Positions 1 through 9,195 of a stretch of 32,000 nt of DNA are shown here, in pieces (position 1 is the stretch's first letter; each line of letters opens with the position of its first letter). The stretch is from Telmatocola sphagniphila (lineage in GTDB: Bacteria; Planctomycetota; Planctomycetia; Gemmatales; Gemmataceae), in NCBI RefSeq assembly GCF_018398935.1, contig NZ_CP074694.1, positions 1,020,001 through 1,052,000 on the forward strand. The letters run 5' to 3'. The notes beneath the pieces are model-generated. The model was not told where the DNA came from. It saw only the letters and a program-made list of their open reading frames with translations, and searched no databases. The position numbers and the translations under genes are program-made.

Positions 1-1
1 C

Positions 2-589
2 GGTAACCACGAACGCAATCATGCGAATTACTACAAGTATTTCAGCCTTCCCAAGCCCAAGTACTACTACCAATACAGCTACGGCAATGCGGATTTCTTC
101 GTCATCGATAGCAACAAGTCTTTGAAGCCGGGCACGGAACAATACATGTGGCTGGAAAAGGCACTCTCCGAATCCAAAGCCAAATGGAAATTTGCTTATC
201 ACCATCATCCCGGCTGGTCGAGCGATGCCGATGATTACGGTAAGAGCTGGGAAGGCAAATCGGTCTGGGGCGATATGAACGCTCGCAATCTGGTGACTTT
301 GTACGAAAAATACAATCTCGACATCGCTTTCAATGGCCACATCCACCTGTACGAACGGACTTGGCCGTTACGAGGCAATAAGGTCGATCGAGCCACCGGA
401 GTTCACTACATCACCTCGGGCGGTGGCGGCGGCAGCCTGGAAGTTGTCGCCAATCTGCCCAGCTGGTTCAAGAGCCAGTGCCGGACCGATTTTCACTACT
501 GCTATGTGGTGATTCATCAGGGACGCTTGGAATTCAAAGTCTACGATGTGAAGGGCAATCTGTTCGATTCGTTCGAACTGAATAAGTAA
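2..589 (+). CDS. metallophosphoesterase (purple-acid-phosphatase-like), 5' end cut by window edge
   Basis: The frame is open from nt 2. Translation begins GNHERNH (GNHE motif) and later contains GHIHLYERTWP (GH-x-H motif) and SGGGGGS. The ORF-track start at 122 is only an internal TTG. Confidence 0.8.
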   Translation, partial: GNHERNHANYYKYFSLPKPKYYYQYSYGNADFFVIDSNKSLKPGTEQYMWLEKALSESKAKWKFAYHHHPGWSSDADDYGKSWEGKSVWGDMNARNLVTLYEKYNLDIAFNGHIHLYERTWPLRGNKVDRATGVHYITSGGGGGSLEVVANLPSWFKSQCRTDFHYCYVVIHQGRLEFKVYDVKGNLFDSFELNK

Positions 590-603
590 TTCGCTCTCTG
601 GAA

Positions 604-629
604 AGTTCGGAGTAAAGCCACTCCGAACT
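604..629. terminator. bidirectional terminator-like hairpin between convergent genes
   Basis: Perfect 10-bp inverted repeat AGTTCGGAGT / ACTCCGAACT with a 6-nt loop AAAGCC, inside the 57-bp gap between convergent CDSs. There is no clear U-tract. Confidence 0.55.
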
Positions 630-646
630 CTCAGTTCAAGTCCCTT

Positions 647-2080
647 TTATGCAATCAATTCGTTGACCACATTCCCATAGAGATCGGTGAAGCGGAAATC
701 CCGACCGGCATAACGGTAGGTGAACTTCTCGTGGTCGAATCCCAGCAGTTTCAGCAAGGTTGCGTGCAGGTCATGCACGTGCACTTTCTTCTCCGCGGCG
801 GCAAAACCGAATTCATCGGTCGCTCCATGAACGTATCCGCCTTTGACGCCGCCACCCGCCAGCCACATGGTGAACCCGTGATGATTGTGATCCCGGCCAT
901 TGATCTTACCGGCGTTCGAACCCGGCGTAGGTAACTCGACAACGGGCGTTCGGCCAAATTCACCACCCCAGATGATCAGCGTTTCTTCGAATAAACCCAA
1001 GCGCTTGAGATCGGTGATCAATGCCGCAATGGCCTTATCCACATCCGTCGCCAATCGCTTGTGCTGGATTTCGAGGTCGTCGTGCGAGTCCCAGGGCTGA
1101 TCGCGGCCCTGCCAGACTTGAACCATGCGGACGCCGCGCTCGATCAATCGCTTGGCCATCAAGATTGTCCGAGCCACCGGACTATTGCCGTAGGCTTCGC
1201 GATTCTTCTCCGGCTCCCTGCTGATATCGAAGGCATCGGTCGCATCCTTTTGCATGCGAAAGGCCAGTTCGAAGGATTGAATTCGAGCTTCCAACTGCGG
1301 ATCGTTCGGACGGTTTTTCTGATGCTCGCGGTTGAATTCGAGCAAGAGATCGAGCTGTTTCCGTTGCGTTTGATTTCCGACATATTTATTGCGAACGTAC
1401 TGAACCAGCTTTTCTACATCGGTATGCTGGCTGTCGATATAAGTGCCCTGGTACACCCCGGGTAAGAAACCGGCCTGCCAGTTTTGGGATTCCTGAATCG
1501 GATAGCCGCCCGGGCACATGGCGATGAAGCCGGGCAGATTCTGATTTTCCGAGCCCAAACCGTAGGTCATCCAGGAACCGAAGCTCGGCCGGACCTGACG
1601 TGCTTCGCCGCAATTCATCAGCATCAGGGAAGGTTCGTGATTCGGAACATCGGCATGCATCGAGCGAATGACGCAGATATCATCGATATGCTGGGCGGTG
1701 TGCTCGAAAATTTCGCTGACTTCGATGCCGCTCTTGCCATATTTTTTGAACTTGAAAGGACTGCCGAAGGCCGCGCCGGTCTTCCGTTCGGTACGCAGAT
1801 TGGCCATCGGCAACGCTTTACCGTGATACTTCGTCAGTAACGGCTTCGGATCGAAGGTGTCCACATGGGATGGACCGCCGTTCATAAACAGATGAATTAC
1901 GCGCTTGGCCTTGGCTGGAAATTGCGGTTTTTTGACCGTCAGCGGATTCAGTTGATCGTTCGCCTTGATCTCGGAGGTCAGGAGCCCGGTTTCATTCATC
2001 AGGGCGGCCAAGCCCAGGGAACCGAAGCCCATGCCACAACGGCGCAGTAACTCTCGGCGATCAACGGCATTAAAATTCAT
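647..2080 (-). CDS. DUF1501 domain-containing protein (sulfatase-fold, Tat signal)
   Basis: Twin-arginine signal DRRELLRRCGMGFGSLGLAAL. Motifs HLFMNGGPSHVDTFDPKP, GGEFGRTP and GRDHN. The first ATG is at 2080; the ORF-track start at 2089 is TTG. Confidence 0.85.
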   Translation of the reverse strand: MNFNAVDRRELLRRCGMGFGSLGLAALMNETGLLTSEIKANDQLNPLTVKKPQFPAKAKRVIHLFMNGGPSHVDTFDPKPLLTKYHGKALPMANLRTERKTGAAFGSPFKFKKYGKSGIEVSEIFEHTAQHIDDICVIRSMHADVPNHEPSLMLMNCGEARQVRPSFGSWMTYGLGSENQNLPGFIAMCPGGYPIQESQNWQAGFLPGVYQGTYIDSQHTDVEKLVQYVRNKYVGNQTQRKQLDLLLEFNREHQKNRPNDPQLEARIQSFELAFRMQKDATDAFDISREPEKNREAYGNSPVARTILMAKRLIERGVRMVQVWQGRDQPWDSHDDLEIQHKRLATDVDKAIAALITDLKRLGLFEETLIIWGGEFGRTPVVELPTPGSNAGKINGRDHNHHGFTMWLAGGGVKGGYVHGATDEFGFAAAEKKVHVHDLHATLLKLLGFDHEKFTYRYAGRDFRFTDLYGNVVNELIA

Positions 2081-2203
2081 GGCACTCAACCTGAGAGACG
2101 GTAATTCGGCGGGTACTGAAATTATAGCTCATGGGCTGGGCGAAGAATAGAGAATTACGGCCCCGTCCCCAGAGAGTACGGATAGTCTCGAGGCAAGGAA
2201 CCT

Positions 2204-5200
2204 TTATTGCACAATCAGTTCGCCGTTCATGACCATCCAGTGTCCGGGGAAGGTACAGACGTAAGGATAAGTGCCCTTGACCGTGGGAGCCTGGAAATAG
2301 ATGGTGAAACTCTGGTTGGGCTGAACGATATCGGTGTGAACGAGCACGTCGGGACTTGCGGGAATGTAGTTTTTCACCACAGCCTCCGGTTCGGCAATCA
2401 TCTTATTGGCGAGATCGCCGACGCGCTCTTTGGAACCAGTTTTTAACAACACCCAATTATGCGGCACTACATCCGGATTTGCGAAAGTGAGTTTCACCGC
2501 TTCCCCGGCCTTCACTCGAAGCGTGCGCTGGACGAAGGAGAGATTTTTACCCGCTTCCACTCGTAGCGGTTGTGCTCCGGTGATCGCTTTTCGGAACGGA
2601 TTGGGAGTCGACTTCACCGCCAGGGCGATATCGGTCAGTATAGGATGCGCGGCGATGGTTTTCTGAACCGGCTGGTAGTTAGGGAATTCACTGAATGCCG
2701 GCCCCAGGTCGTGAATTGTGGCAAAGATATCGCGGGCCGGATGCGAATCAACCTGATAGCGAACTTGCAGTTGATTCATTGGCTGCAAATCGGGGACTTC
2801 CAAAAATACGCTTCTCCCATCCCCCAATAAATGCACGGCCTTCACTTCCAGAGCATCGTGGCCGATGGTTCCATAGTGGCTGGGCGAGTATTCCTGAGAT
2901 CCATAGCCGGAGCTATAACGGTAATTCCAAGCCTGCAAAAAATAATGACTTTTATCCCCGGCGATCTTCGGATCGACGGGAGCCGTGAAAGAAATCAACA
3001 AGCCATTCACTTTCGCCTGGAAAGAGCGGGGAAGTTGAACCTGCTGGCCGGTGTAGCGAACTCTTTGAAAACATCCATCCTCAGCCGTGTAAGTGCCCCA
3101 ACCGCCCATACCGCTGACGTAGAGTTGGCCATCCTTGGGGTTGAAGCGACCGCGATGAACCCCGGAGCGGAAATCCCCATCCAACGGCACTAGAGCTCCC
3201 TGAGGCTGTCCGTTCACTTCGTCTCGCAGGAGCAGGAAATGGCTACCGGCCCCGTAGGAAAAGTGAACCATCTGGCCTGATAAAGGGCCCCATTTATCGC
3301 TGTTGATGAAAACCTGTCCGCCGCTGGAATTGTCGAGGCCACGGGGGATATTGACCAGCGGCAGATCGGGAGCTTTGCCCTGGCGCGATCCGCCGAAGCC
3401 GAAGAATGGGGGCTGATGGCCGCCGATCTTCTTGGGAGAGAGTGACTGGTTCGGTGAGAATTCGCAAATCATGGAGCAGGGGGTCCAGTCCCCTTCGGAG
3501 CAGGGGATGGTGAGCCGGCCTTCGCTATCCAGTCCCAGACCATCGGGATTTCGAAAGCCCGTAGCCAATATTTTGACATCCTTGCCATCGGCCGAGATTT
3601 GTAGCAAACCCTGATTTCCCGAGGCTGTGTAAAACTGTCCGGCGGCGTCGCGCTGCAAGCCACAGATGAAATCGTGCCCGGCCGGAGAGGTGACGTACTT
3701 GGCACTGAATCGCTCGTAATAATCCGCCTCGCCATCGTGATTCAAATCGTGCAGACAAGTGATCTGATCGCGGCCGAGCACGTAGACTTTGCCGTCAGCA
3801 CAGACTAACCCTAAAGCCTGATTCAGCCCGGAGGCATAGCGCCGCCAGTGGACATGTTCCAATTTTTCATCCAAACCGGTGACATGCCAGACGTCTCCTT
3901 CCATGGTGCAGATCATGGCCGAGCCATCGGGCAGAAAATCGTGGTCGCCGAAGAAACAGAGCGATTTCCAGGGGTTTTTGAAAGGCGGCGTGATGGTATC
4001 GACCGCGTAGGGGCTCCCCGTTCCCAGCGAACCTTTGGTTTCAATTGGCTGGGGCCATTGGGAAGGCCCCCCCTGAAGTACCGATTTCAGAGGATGATCT
4101 TTGGCGCGGGCAACGACTTGAGTGAATTTGCCGTCGACTATTTGCGGACAATCCAGATAGTTGATGCCGTCAATCCGATAGGCGAAGATTACTTGCTTGC
4201 CCGATCGGTAGAGTCCTTGGTATTCGAATGGTTTTTGCGGTTTCTGGCCCACAGGCCGAGGCAACAGGGTTCCGGCCGGTCGGACGCCCTCCATGAAGCC
4301 GTGGCGAACCGAGGAAAATTTTAAGAAGCCTCCCTTCCAGAGCGCTTCGTAGCAAAGCGTCTCCGGATTGAAGCAAGTACCAAATTCGCCCTGCTCTCCC
4401 AGCCGCACACAAATGCCGCGCGGCACAGTCAGCTCACCACTCCGAAATATTCCAGACTGCATCGAGCCCAAATCGGTTTCATTCCAGCGGTTATCGGCCC
4501 AGGTGGTTTCATTCTGATTTCCCCAATGCCCGATTTGTCCGCCGTCCAGACCCGGGAAAGCGGGGAGGAGTGTCGGTGTGGGCTTCTTCTGAGAAAAGTA
4601 GATTGCTTCTTTGGCATAATAATCATAGAGCCGGTTGCGATTCACATTCTCCTTGGCATTCGGCCAGAGTTCGGCTTTGAGAGGGGCTCGATCGAAGGGA
4701 AAAGTTTCCACGGTATGTGATCGGGCTAGGAGAGTTTCCCCACTTTCGGAACCTTTCTTGCCCAGTTCCAGGAGAAAGCGAATCAGATTTCGTTTCTCCT
4801 CTACCGTCATCGCCTCCGCAATCCCGGCTGGCATGAGTGTACCGATCTCTTTGCGGCTTTCGATAATTGCTTTTTCGATTTTGATTTCATTACCAGTCGA
4901 GGGATCGCGGAGCGTCAATTCTTTGGCGTTTTCGCGAACTGGATAACCTTGGATCGATTTGCCTTCATTCGTCTGGATCAGAACCGCTGAGTATCCTTCG
5001 CGCACGCTTTTCGCCGGCCAAAGAACCGATTCGACCAGTTCCTCCGGCTTCACACAGATGCCAAGGGTCGTTAATTCCGGCCCGACGATTCCCCCTTCTT
5101 TCCCGATTCTGTGACAGGAGTTGCAGGCGAACCTGGCAGAAGCAAAGACACGGGCGCCTTTCTGCGAATCGCCTTGGGCCACCGCCGCAGCGAGGAGGTC

Positions 5201-6163
5201 CTGGACAATTTTGGGATCGTAGCTTTGCTTGACGGGCGGAGCTGTATAAGTCCGATAACGAACTCGCTCGCCCGCCGGTTTTCCTTCGAGTTGCGGCAGC
5301 AACCAGTGTAACCCATCCAGATTGTCGCTCAGGCGCTGTTCGGCATCGTCGTCGGTGTGTCCCAGTATGCCGATCGGGCCCTGATAGCCGCTCGCTTGAA
5401 TCTTTCGAAGGAGATCCAGGTCGACTTCTCCGGCCCCCAACGGCAAAATTTTCTTTCCTTGTTTATCGCCTTGCGGAATCATGCCGTTGAGATTGACGGC
5501 GTAGAGATAAGGCATCATCGCTTTCAGCAGTTGTGAAAATCGCTCCAGATGATCGTGGCCATGATGCAGGTTATAGACTATTCCGACATTTTTGAGTTGG
5601 AGTTCTTTGATGATCGCGATTTGGTTTTCCGGTTCCCCGAACCAGTCCCCATGATTGTAGAGACCAACTTGGCAGCCGATTTTTTCCGCCGCCTGCGCGA
5701 TCGGCCTCAGAGCCTCCACATGCGCTTTGATTCGTTTTTTCTGTTCCTCTGGCGTCGTCGTAATGCTGCCGCCGTTCATGGTCACCCAGAGTTGGGTTTT
5801 GATGTGGTGTTTTTCGAGCATCGAGAGCAAATACATCGCATCTTTGTCCAGCGCACCGGGAAACCAGACGGCGGATAGCTCAATGCCATTTTTTTGCAGA
5901 GCTACGATTTCCCGCTCGAAAGTCGGCAGGTGCTCGGCCCGCCAGTCGTAAGCATAATGTTTGAAGCCGAGTTTCTTCAGCATCTCCACACGATCTTCGG
6001 GGGATCGCTTTTTGGAATCGAAAGGGACTATGCACCAGGCCATTAAATTGTCGGAGCCCAAGATATTTTTGGGCTTCGGCGGGGTGGGACTTTGGCCGGC
6101 GGTAAAGACTGGTCTTAACAGAATCAGCAGCAGGACGGAGAGAATTCTGCTTTGGGAAAACAT
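2204..6163 (-). CDS. secreted multidomain redox protein: sugar-phosphate isomerase/epimerase TIM barrel + PVC-type haem-c domain + beta-propeller dehydrogenase-like region + C-terminal azurin-like cupredoxin
   Basis: ATG at 6163 gives the signal peptide MFSQSRILSVLLLILLRPVFTAGQ. The upstream part of the 1408-aa ORF overlaps the GTPase gene's 3' end. CNSCH is encoded at 5111-5125, followed by LMPAG. The C-terminus has CTFPGHWMVM (2228-2257), the azurin C-x4-H-x3-M spacing, plus an upstream VVPHNW. Confidence 0.8.
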   Translation of the reverse strand: MFSQSRILSVLLLILLRPVFTAGQSPTPPKPKNILGSDNLMAWCIVPFDSKKRSPEDRVEMLKKLGFKHYAYDWRAEHLPTFEREIVALQKNGIELSAVWFPGALDKDAMYLLSMLEKHHIKTQLWVTMNGGSITTTPEEQKKRIKAHVEALRPIAQAAEKIGCQVGLYNHGDWFGEPENQIAIIKELQLKNVGIVYNLHHGHDHLERFSQLLKAMMPYLYAVNLNGMIPQGDKQGKKILPLGAGEVDLDLLRKIQASGYQGPIGILGHTDDDAEQRLSDNLDGLHWLLPQLEGKPAGERVRYRTYTAPPVKQSYDPKIVQDLLAAAVAQGDSQKGARVFASARFACNSCHRIGKEGGIVGPELTTLGICVKPEELVESVLWPAKSVREGYSAVLIQTNEGKSIQGYPVRENAKELTLRDPSTGNEIKIEKAIIESRKEIGTLMPAGIAEAMTVEEKRNLIRFLLELGKKGSESGETLLARSHTVETFPFDRAPLKAELWPNAKENVNRNRLYDYYAKEAIYFSQKKPTPTLLPAFPGLDGGQIGHWGNQNETTWADNRWNETDLGSMQSGIFRSGELTVPRGICVRLGEQGEFGTCFNPETLCYEALWKGGFLKFSSVRHGFMEGVRPAGTLLPRPVGQKPQKPFEYQGLYRSGKQVIFAYRIDGINYLDCPQIVDGKFTQVVARAKDHPLKSVLQGGPSQWPQPIETKGSLGTGSPYAVDTITPPFKNPWKSLCFFGDHDFLPDGSAMICTMEGDVWHVTGLDEKLEHVHWRRYASGLNQALGLVCADGKVYVLGRDQITCLHDLNHDGEADYYERFSAKYVTSPAGHDFICGLQRDAAGQFYTASGNQGLLQISADGKDVKILATGFRNPDGLGLDSEGRLTIPCSEGDWTPCSMICEFSPNQSLSPKKIGGHQPPFFGFGGSRQGKAPDLPLVNIPRGLDNSSGGQVFINSDKWGPLSGQMVHFSYGAGSHFLLLRDEVNGQPQGALVPLDGDFRSGVHRGRFNPKDGQLYVSGMGGWGTYTAEDGCFQRVRYTGQQVQLPRSFQAKVNGLLISFTAPVDPKIAGDKSHYFLQAWNYRYSSGYGSQEYSPSHYGTIGHDALEVKAVHLLGDGRSVFLEVPDLQPMNQLQVRYQVDSHPARDIFATIHDLGPAFSEFPNYQPVQKTIAAHPILTDIALAVKSTPNPFRKAITGAQPLRVEAGKNLSFVQRTLRVKAGEAVKLTFANPDVVPHNWVLLKTGSKERVGDLANKMIAEPEAVVKNYIPASPDVLVHTDIVQPNQSFTIYFQAPTVKGTYPYVCTFPGHWMVMNGELIVQ

Positions 6164-6300
6164 GCCCGATCTTCTCCAGTTAAGTGGGGAATCGAATAAT
6201 CGGCGAACGGCGGGTAGGACACAGCATACCATACGGCACCGAAAAGAAAAACGGGATGCCGTTGGAAATTTTGATTTGGTCTGAAACCGAAAAAATAGGC

Positions 6301-7293
6301 TTAAGTGAGCAGTTCCACGATATCGCCCTCGTGGAGCACGTGATCTTTCTTGACCGTCTGGCCGTCGTACACTCCGGTGCCCCAGACTTTGGCCGCCTTG
6401 ACCGTGGCCGCTAAATCGCTGTGAATGCACCCGGCGAAATCGACCACATCACCCCCGATCGGGATGGTATAGGGCGCTTTCATATCGGCCGGTTTACCCT
6501 GAGTTTTGGAGTAAACCCGAAGAATTCCCAGCGTTTCGTACATCTTTTTCTTCAGCTCGTCGATTCCTTCGCTGTTCTCGGCGGACATCACATGAATCGG
6601 AAAGCGAGCCCCGAACATTTCCTTGAAAATATCGAGTCGATCCTGAGCGCCTTCCGCATCGGACTTGTTGGCCACCAGCAAAGTCTTGACGTGGAAGAGC
6701 GAAGGATCTTCGACGCCCTCGGGCGGCGTGCCGGTCAGGATGCATTTGACCGCTTGCAGTTTCTCCAGGACGGCCTCCACGGCGAATGGACCATCGTCAT
6801 CGCCCAAGTCCACTATTAATAAAGCCGCGTCGGTATTGCGAATAAAATCGGTCAAGTAGTTTTCATAGACATCCCCAGTGATCGGCGGCAGATCGATCAA
6901 TTGCAGTCGAATATTCTCGAAATCCATCATGCCGGGAATCGGTTCCCGCGTGGTAAAGGGGTAGGGGGCGACTTCCGGTGTGGCCTTGGTTAGTCGAGTC
7001 AGTAGCCGACTTTTGCCGGAATTCGGCGGCCCGAGAAAGACATACTGGCCGGCTCCCTGACGCGGGATCTTGTAGCTGTTCGGGGACTTTTTGACCGTGC
7101 TCGATTTACGCTCGATATCGTCGTTCAGCTCAGCCATTTTGGACTTGAGCTGCATCTGAACTTTTTCGCTCGCCTTATGCTTGGGTAGGATTACCCACAT
7201 CTTCTTGAGCGCAATCAGCTTATCCTCGGGGGTTTTGGCTTTCTTGTATTCGTCTTCCGCCGTGTGATAATGGGGCGGTAAATTCACAGCCAT
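6301..7293 (-). CDS. Obg-family GTPase of DRG-like architecture with C-terminal TGS domain
   Basis: G1 GPPNSGKS, FTTREP, G3-like LIDLPP, G4 NKSD. The C-terminal end ...HEGDIVELLT is TGS-like. A helical Lys-rich N-terminus precedes G1. ATG at 7293; the ORF-track start at 7338 is TTG. Confidence 0.7.
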   Translation of the reverse strand: MAVNLPPHYHTAEDEYKKAKTPEDKLIALKKMWVILPKHKASEKVQMQLKSKMAELNDDIERKSSTVKKSPNSYKIPRQGAGQYVFLGPPNSGKSRLLTRLTKATPEVAPYPFTTREPIPGMMDFENIRLQLIDLPPITGDVYENYLTDFIRNTDAALLIVDLGDDDGPFAVEAVLEKLQAVKCILTGTPPEGVEDPSLFHVKTLLVANKSDAEGAQDRLDIFKEMFGARFPIHVMSAENSEGIDELKKKMYETLGILRVYSKTQGKPADMKAPYTIPIGGDVVDFAGCIHSDLAATVKAAKVWGTGVYDGQTVKKDHVLHEGDIVELLT

Positions 7294-7380
7294 GCGTAAA
7301 CCTCGTCTCTTCGGTATCTCGTCCAATCCTATCCTCAAAATATATTGATGAGGAACGATTTCCCTACCTGCGAGTCCAAG

Positions 7381-8199
7381 ATGACCTTAAGCGAACAAAT
7401 AGCCACAGCCACAACGGCCATTCGAAAGCAATGGAGCGGACAGCCCAAAATTGGGATCATTCTGGGAACTGGTCTGGGCGCCCTGACTCAGGATATCCAG
7501 CAGGATGTCGTGATTCCTTATGCCGACTTGCCGCATTTCCCGCACTCGACCGTTCTGGGTCACAAAGGGCAGTTGGTTTGCGGAAAAATCGCAGGTCATA
7601 GCGTAGTGGTGATGGATGGCCGGTTCCACTTTTATGAAGGGTACCGCCTCCAGCAGATCACCTTCCCCGTTCGAGTCATGAAAGCGCTCGGCTGCGAGAT
7701 CCTCTTGGTGAGCAACGCCTGCGGTGGCCTGAATCCCCAGTTCTCCAAGGGGGATATTATGTTGATCGAAGATCACATCAATCTCATGGGAGACAACCCG
7801 CTGATCGGGCCGAATGACGATAAATTAGGCGACCGCTTCCCCGATATGAGTGAGCCGTACGATCGCAATTTGCTCGCACTCGCCAAGGAAGTTTCCCGCG
7901 AAGTGAAGATCCCCGTTCAACAGGGAGTCTATGTCGCGGTCGCCGGGCCGAATTTGGAAACCCGGGCGGAGTACCGCTTTTTGCGAACAATTGGTGCCGA
8001 TGTGGTGGGAATGTCGACAGTTCCCGAGGTGATCGTCGCCGTGCACAGCAAAATGCGCTGCCTTGGCTTCTCGATTGTTACTGATATGTGCCTGCCCGAT
8101 GCCCTGCATGCGGTCAGCCACGAAGAGATTATCGCAGTCGCTAATGAGGCTGAGAAAAAATTGCGGACTCTCGTGCATTCGATTATCGAGAAACTCTAA
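7381..8199 (+). CDS. punA: purine nucleoside phosphorylase (trimeric PNP/MTAP family)
   Basis: Motifs GTGLG, GRFHFYEGY, VSNACGGLN and GMSTVPE. The start is taken at MTLSEQI (7381). In-frame alternatives exist at 7345 (TTG) and 7348 (ATG). Confidence 0.85.
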   Translation: MTLSEQIATATTAIRKQWSGQPKIGIILGTGLGALTQDIQQDVVIPYADLPHFPHSTVLGHKGQLVCGKIAGHSVVVMDGRFHFYEGYRLQQITFPVRVMKALGCEILLVSNACGGLNPQFSKGDIMLIEDHINLMGDNPLIGPNDDKLGDRFPDMSEPYDRNLLALAKEVSREVKIPVQQGVYVAVAGPNLETRAEYRFLRTIGADVVGMSTVPEVIVAVHSKMRCLGFSIVTDMCLPDALHAVSHEEIIAVANEAEKKLRTLVHSIIEKL

Positions 8200-8211
8200 C
8201 GGCCGGGGATT

Positions 8212-9195
8212 TCAATCGGGTAATTGAACGAACTGGCCCGATTCGGGAATGCTTGGAATGATTAAGTCCACCATTTTTCGCATGAGCTCGGATAGGCCGG
8301 TATTCGAAGTGATCGAGATGGGGAGATAACCGCCCCGCCTATCCTCGGGCGATAAATCGATTTTGTTCAAAAGTCTGAGGACTTTATGGTTTTGGAGTGA
8401 ATCCGGCTCTGCAGTATTGATGGTGGAAACATCCAGCATCCATAGGATCAGATCGCTGGCGGCCAGTTGCTGTTCCGAGCGCCGGATCCCTTCCTGTTCG
8501 ATGGCATCCGCAGTTTCTCGCAGACCAGCCGTATCGGTAATTTCCACCGGCCAGCCTTCCAGCGCCGTTGTCACACTCACCAGATCTCGGGTAGTGCCGG
8601 GAACCGGGGCAATGATGCTCCGGTTGTAGCCTGCCAAAGCGTTCATCAGGCTGCTTTTCCCGACATTTGGCGGGCCGATGATCGCGATCTTCCAGGGCCG
8701 GGTGAGATGTCGTCCCAACTCGGCAAAAGCTTGACTTCCTTTCTCGTACTCCCTCAATTTCGTTTGATCGAGCAGAACGCTGGCGGTTCGGAGCGTCAGT
8801 GCTTCCGGCAGCATCTTCCAGGCTTTGAGGGCATGGGCTGAAGGCTGCTCTCCGTCATAGCCGACCTCCCGCATCCACTCTTCCGGTTGAGCTTCCTGAA
8901 TTCCTTCCGACCTCAACAAATCGAAAAGTAGGTTCTGAACCAATTGGCCGCCGTGACATTGGATTTCCAGTGCGGTGACCGACTTTCCCGGATTGTTGAG
9001 AATTAAGACTTCATCCTGCAAATCGACACCCAGTCGGCCGAACCAACTGGCACCGGGGACCGGTTCGAGCGGTAAAGTTTTTTTGGAAGAAGGTTTAAAG
9101 TGCTTTCGAATAAAACTCCAGGCGCCGGGCCCCCACAACCCCAGGGCTGCGATCGCCGAAGTTCCTGGAGCGGTTAGCAGGGCAAAACGCGTCAC
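8212..9195 (-). CDS. MnmE/TrmE-like GTPase, short form lacking the C-terminal CxGK region
   Basis: G domain GPPNVGKSSLMNAL...PGTTRD...DTAGLRE...NKIDL with an MnmE-like N-terminus. The protein is only 327 aa. The GTG start overlaps the coaX stop (GTGA). Confidence 0.6.
   Translation of the reverse strand: MTRFALLTAPGTSAIAALGLWGPGAWSFIRKHFKPSSKKTLPLEPVPGASWFGRLGVDLQDEVLILNNPGKSVTALEIQCHGGQLVQNLLFDLLRSEGIQEAQPEEWMREVGYDGEQPSAHALKAWKMLPEALTLRTASVLLDQTKLREYEKGSQAFAELGRHLTRPWKIAIIGPPNVGKSSLMNALAGYNRSIIAPVPGTTRDLVSVTTALEGWPVEITDTAGLRETADAIEQEGIRRSEQQLAASDLILWMLDVSTINTAEPDSLQNHKVLRLLNKIDLSPEDRRGGYLPISITSNTGLSELMRKMVDLIIPSIPESGQFVQLPD

Noticed and set aside
908-930. tRNA T-arm-like GTTCGAA motifs (also at ~16695-16710)
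   Set aside because: Both lie inside well-supported CDSs. The flanking bases do not form T-stem, acceptor or anticodon arms.
6164-6430. 5' extension of the 1408-aa ORF (MHSQRFSGHGQGG...)
   Set aside because: It overlaps the 3' end of the GTPase gene on the same strand. It is Arg/Gly-rich and low in complexity. A clean signal peptide starts at the internal ATG at 6163.
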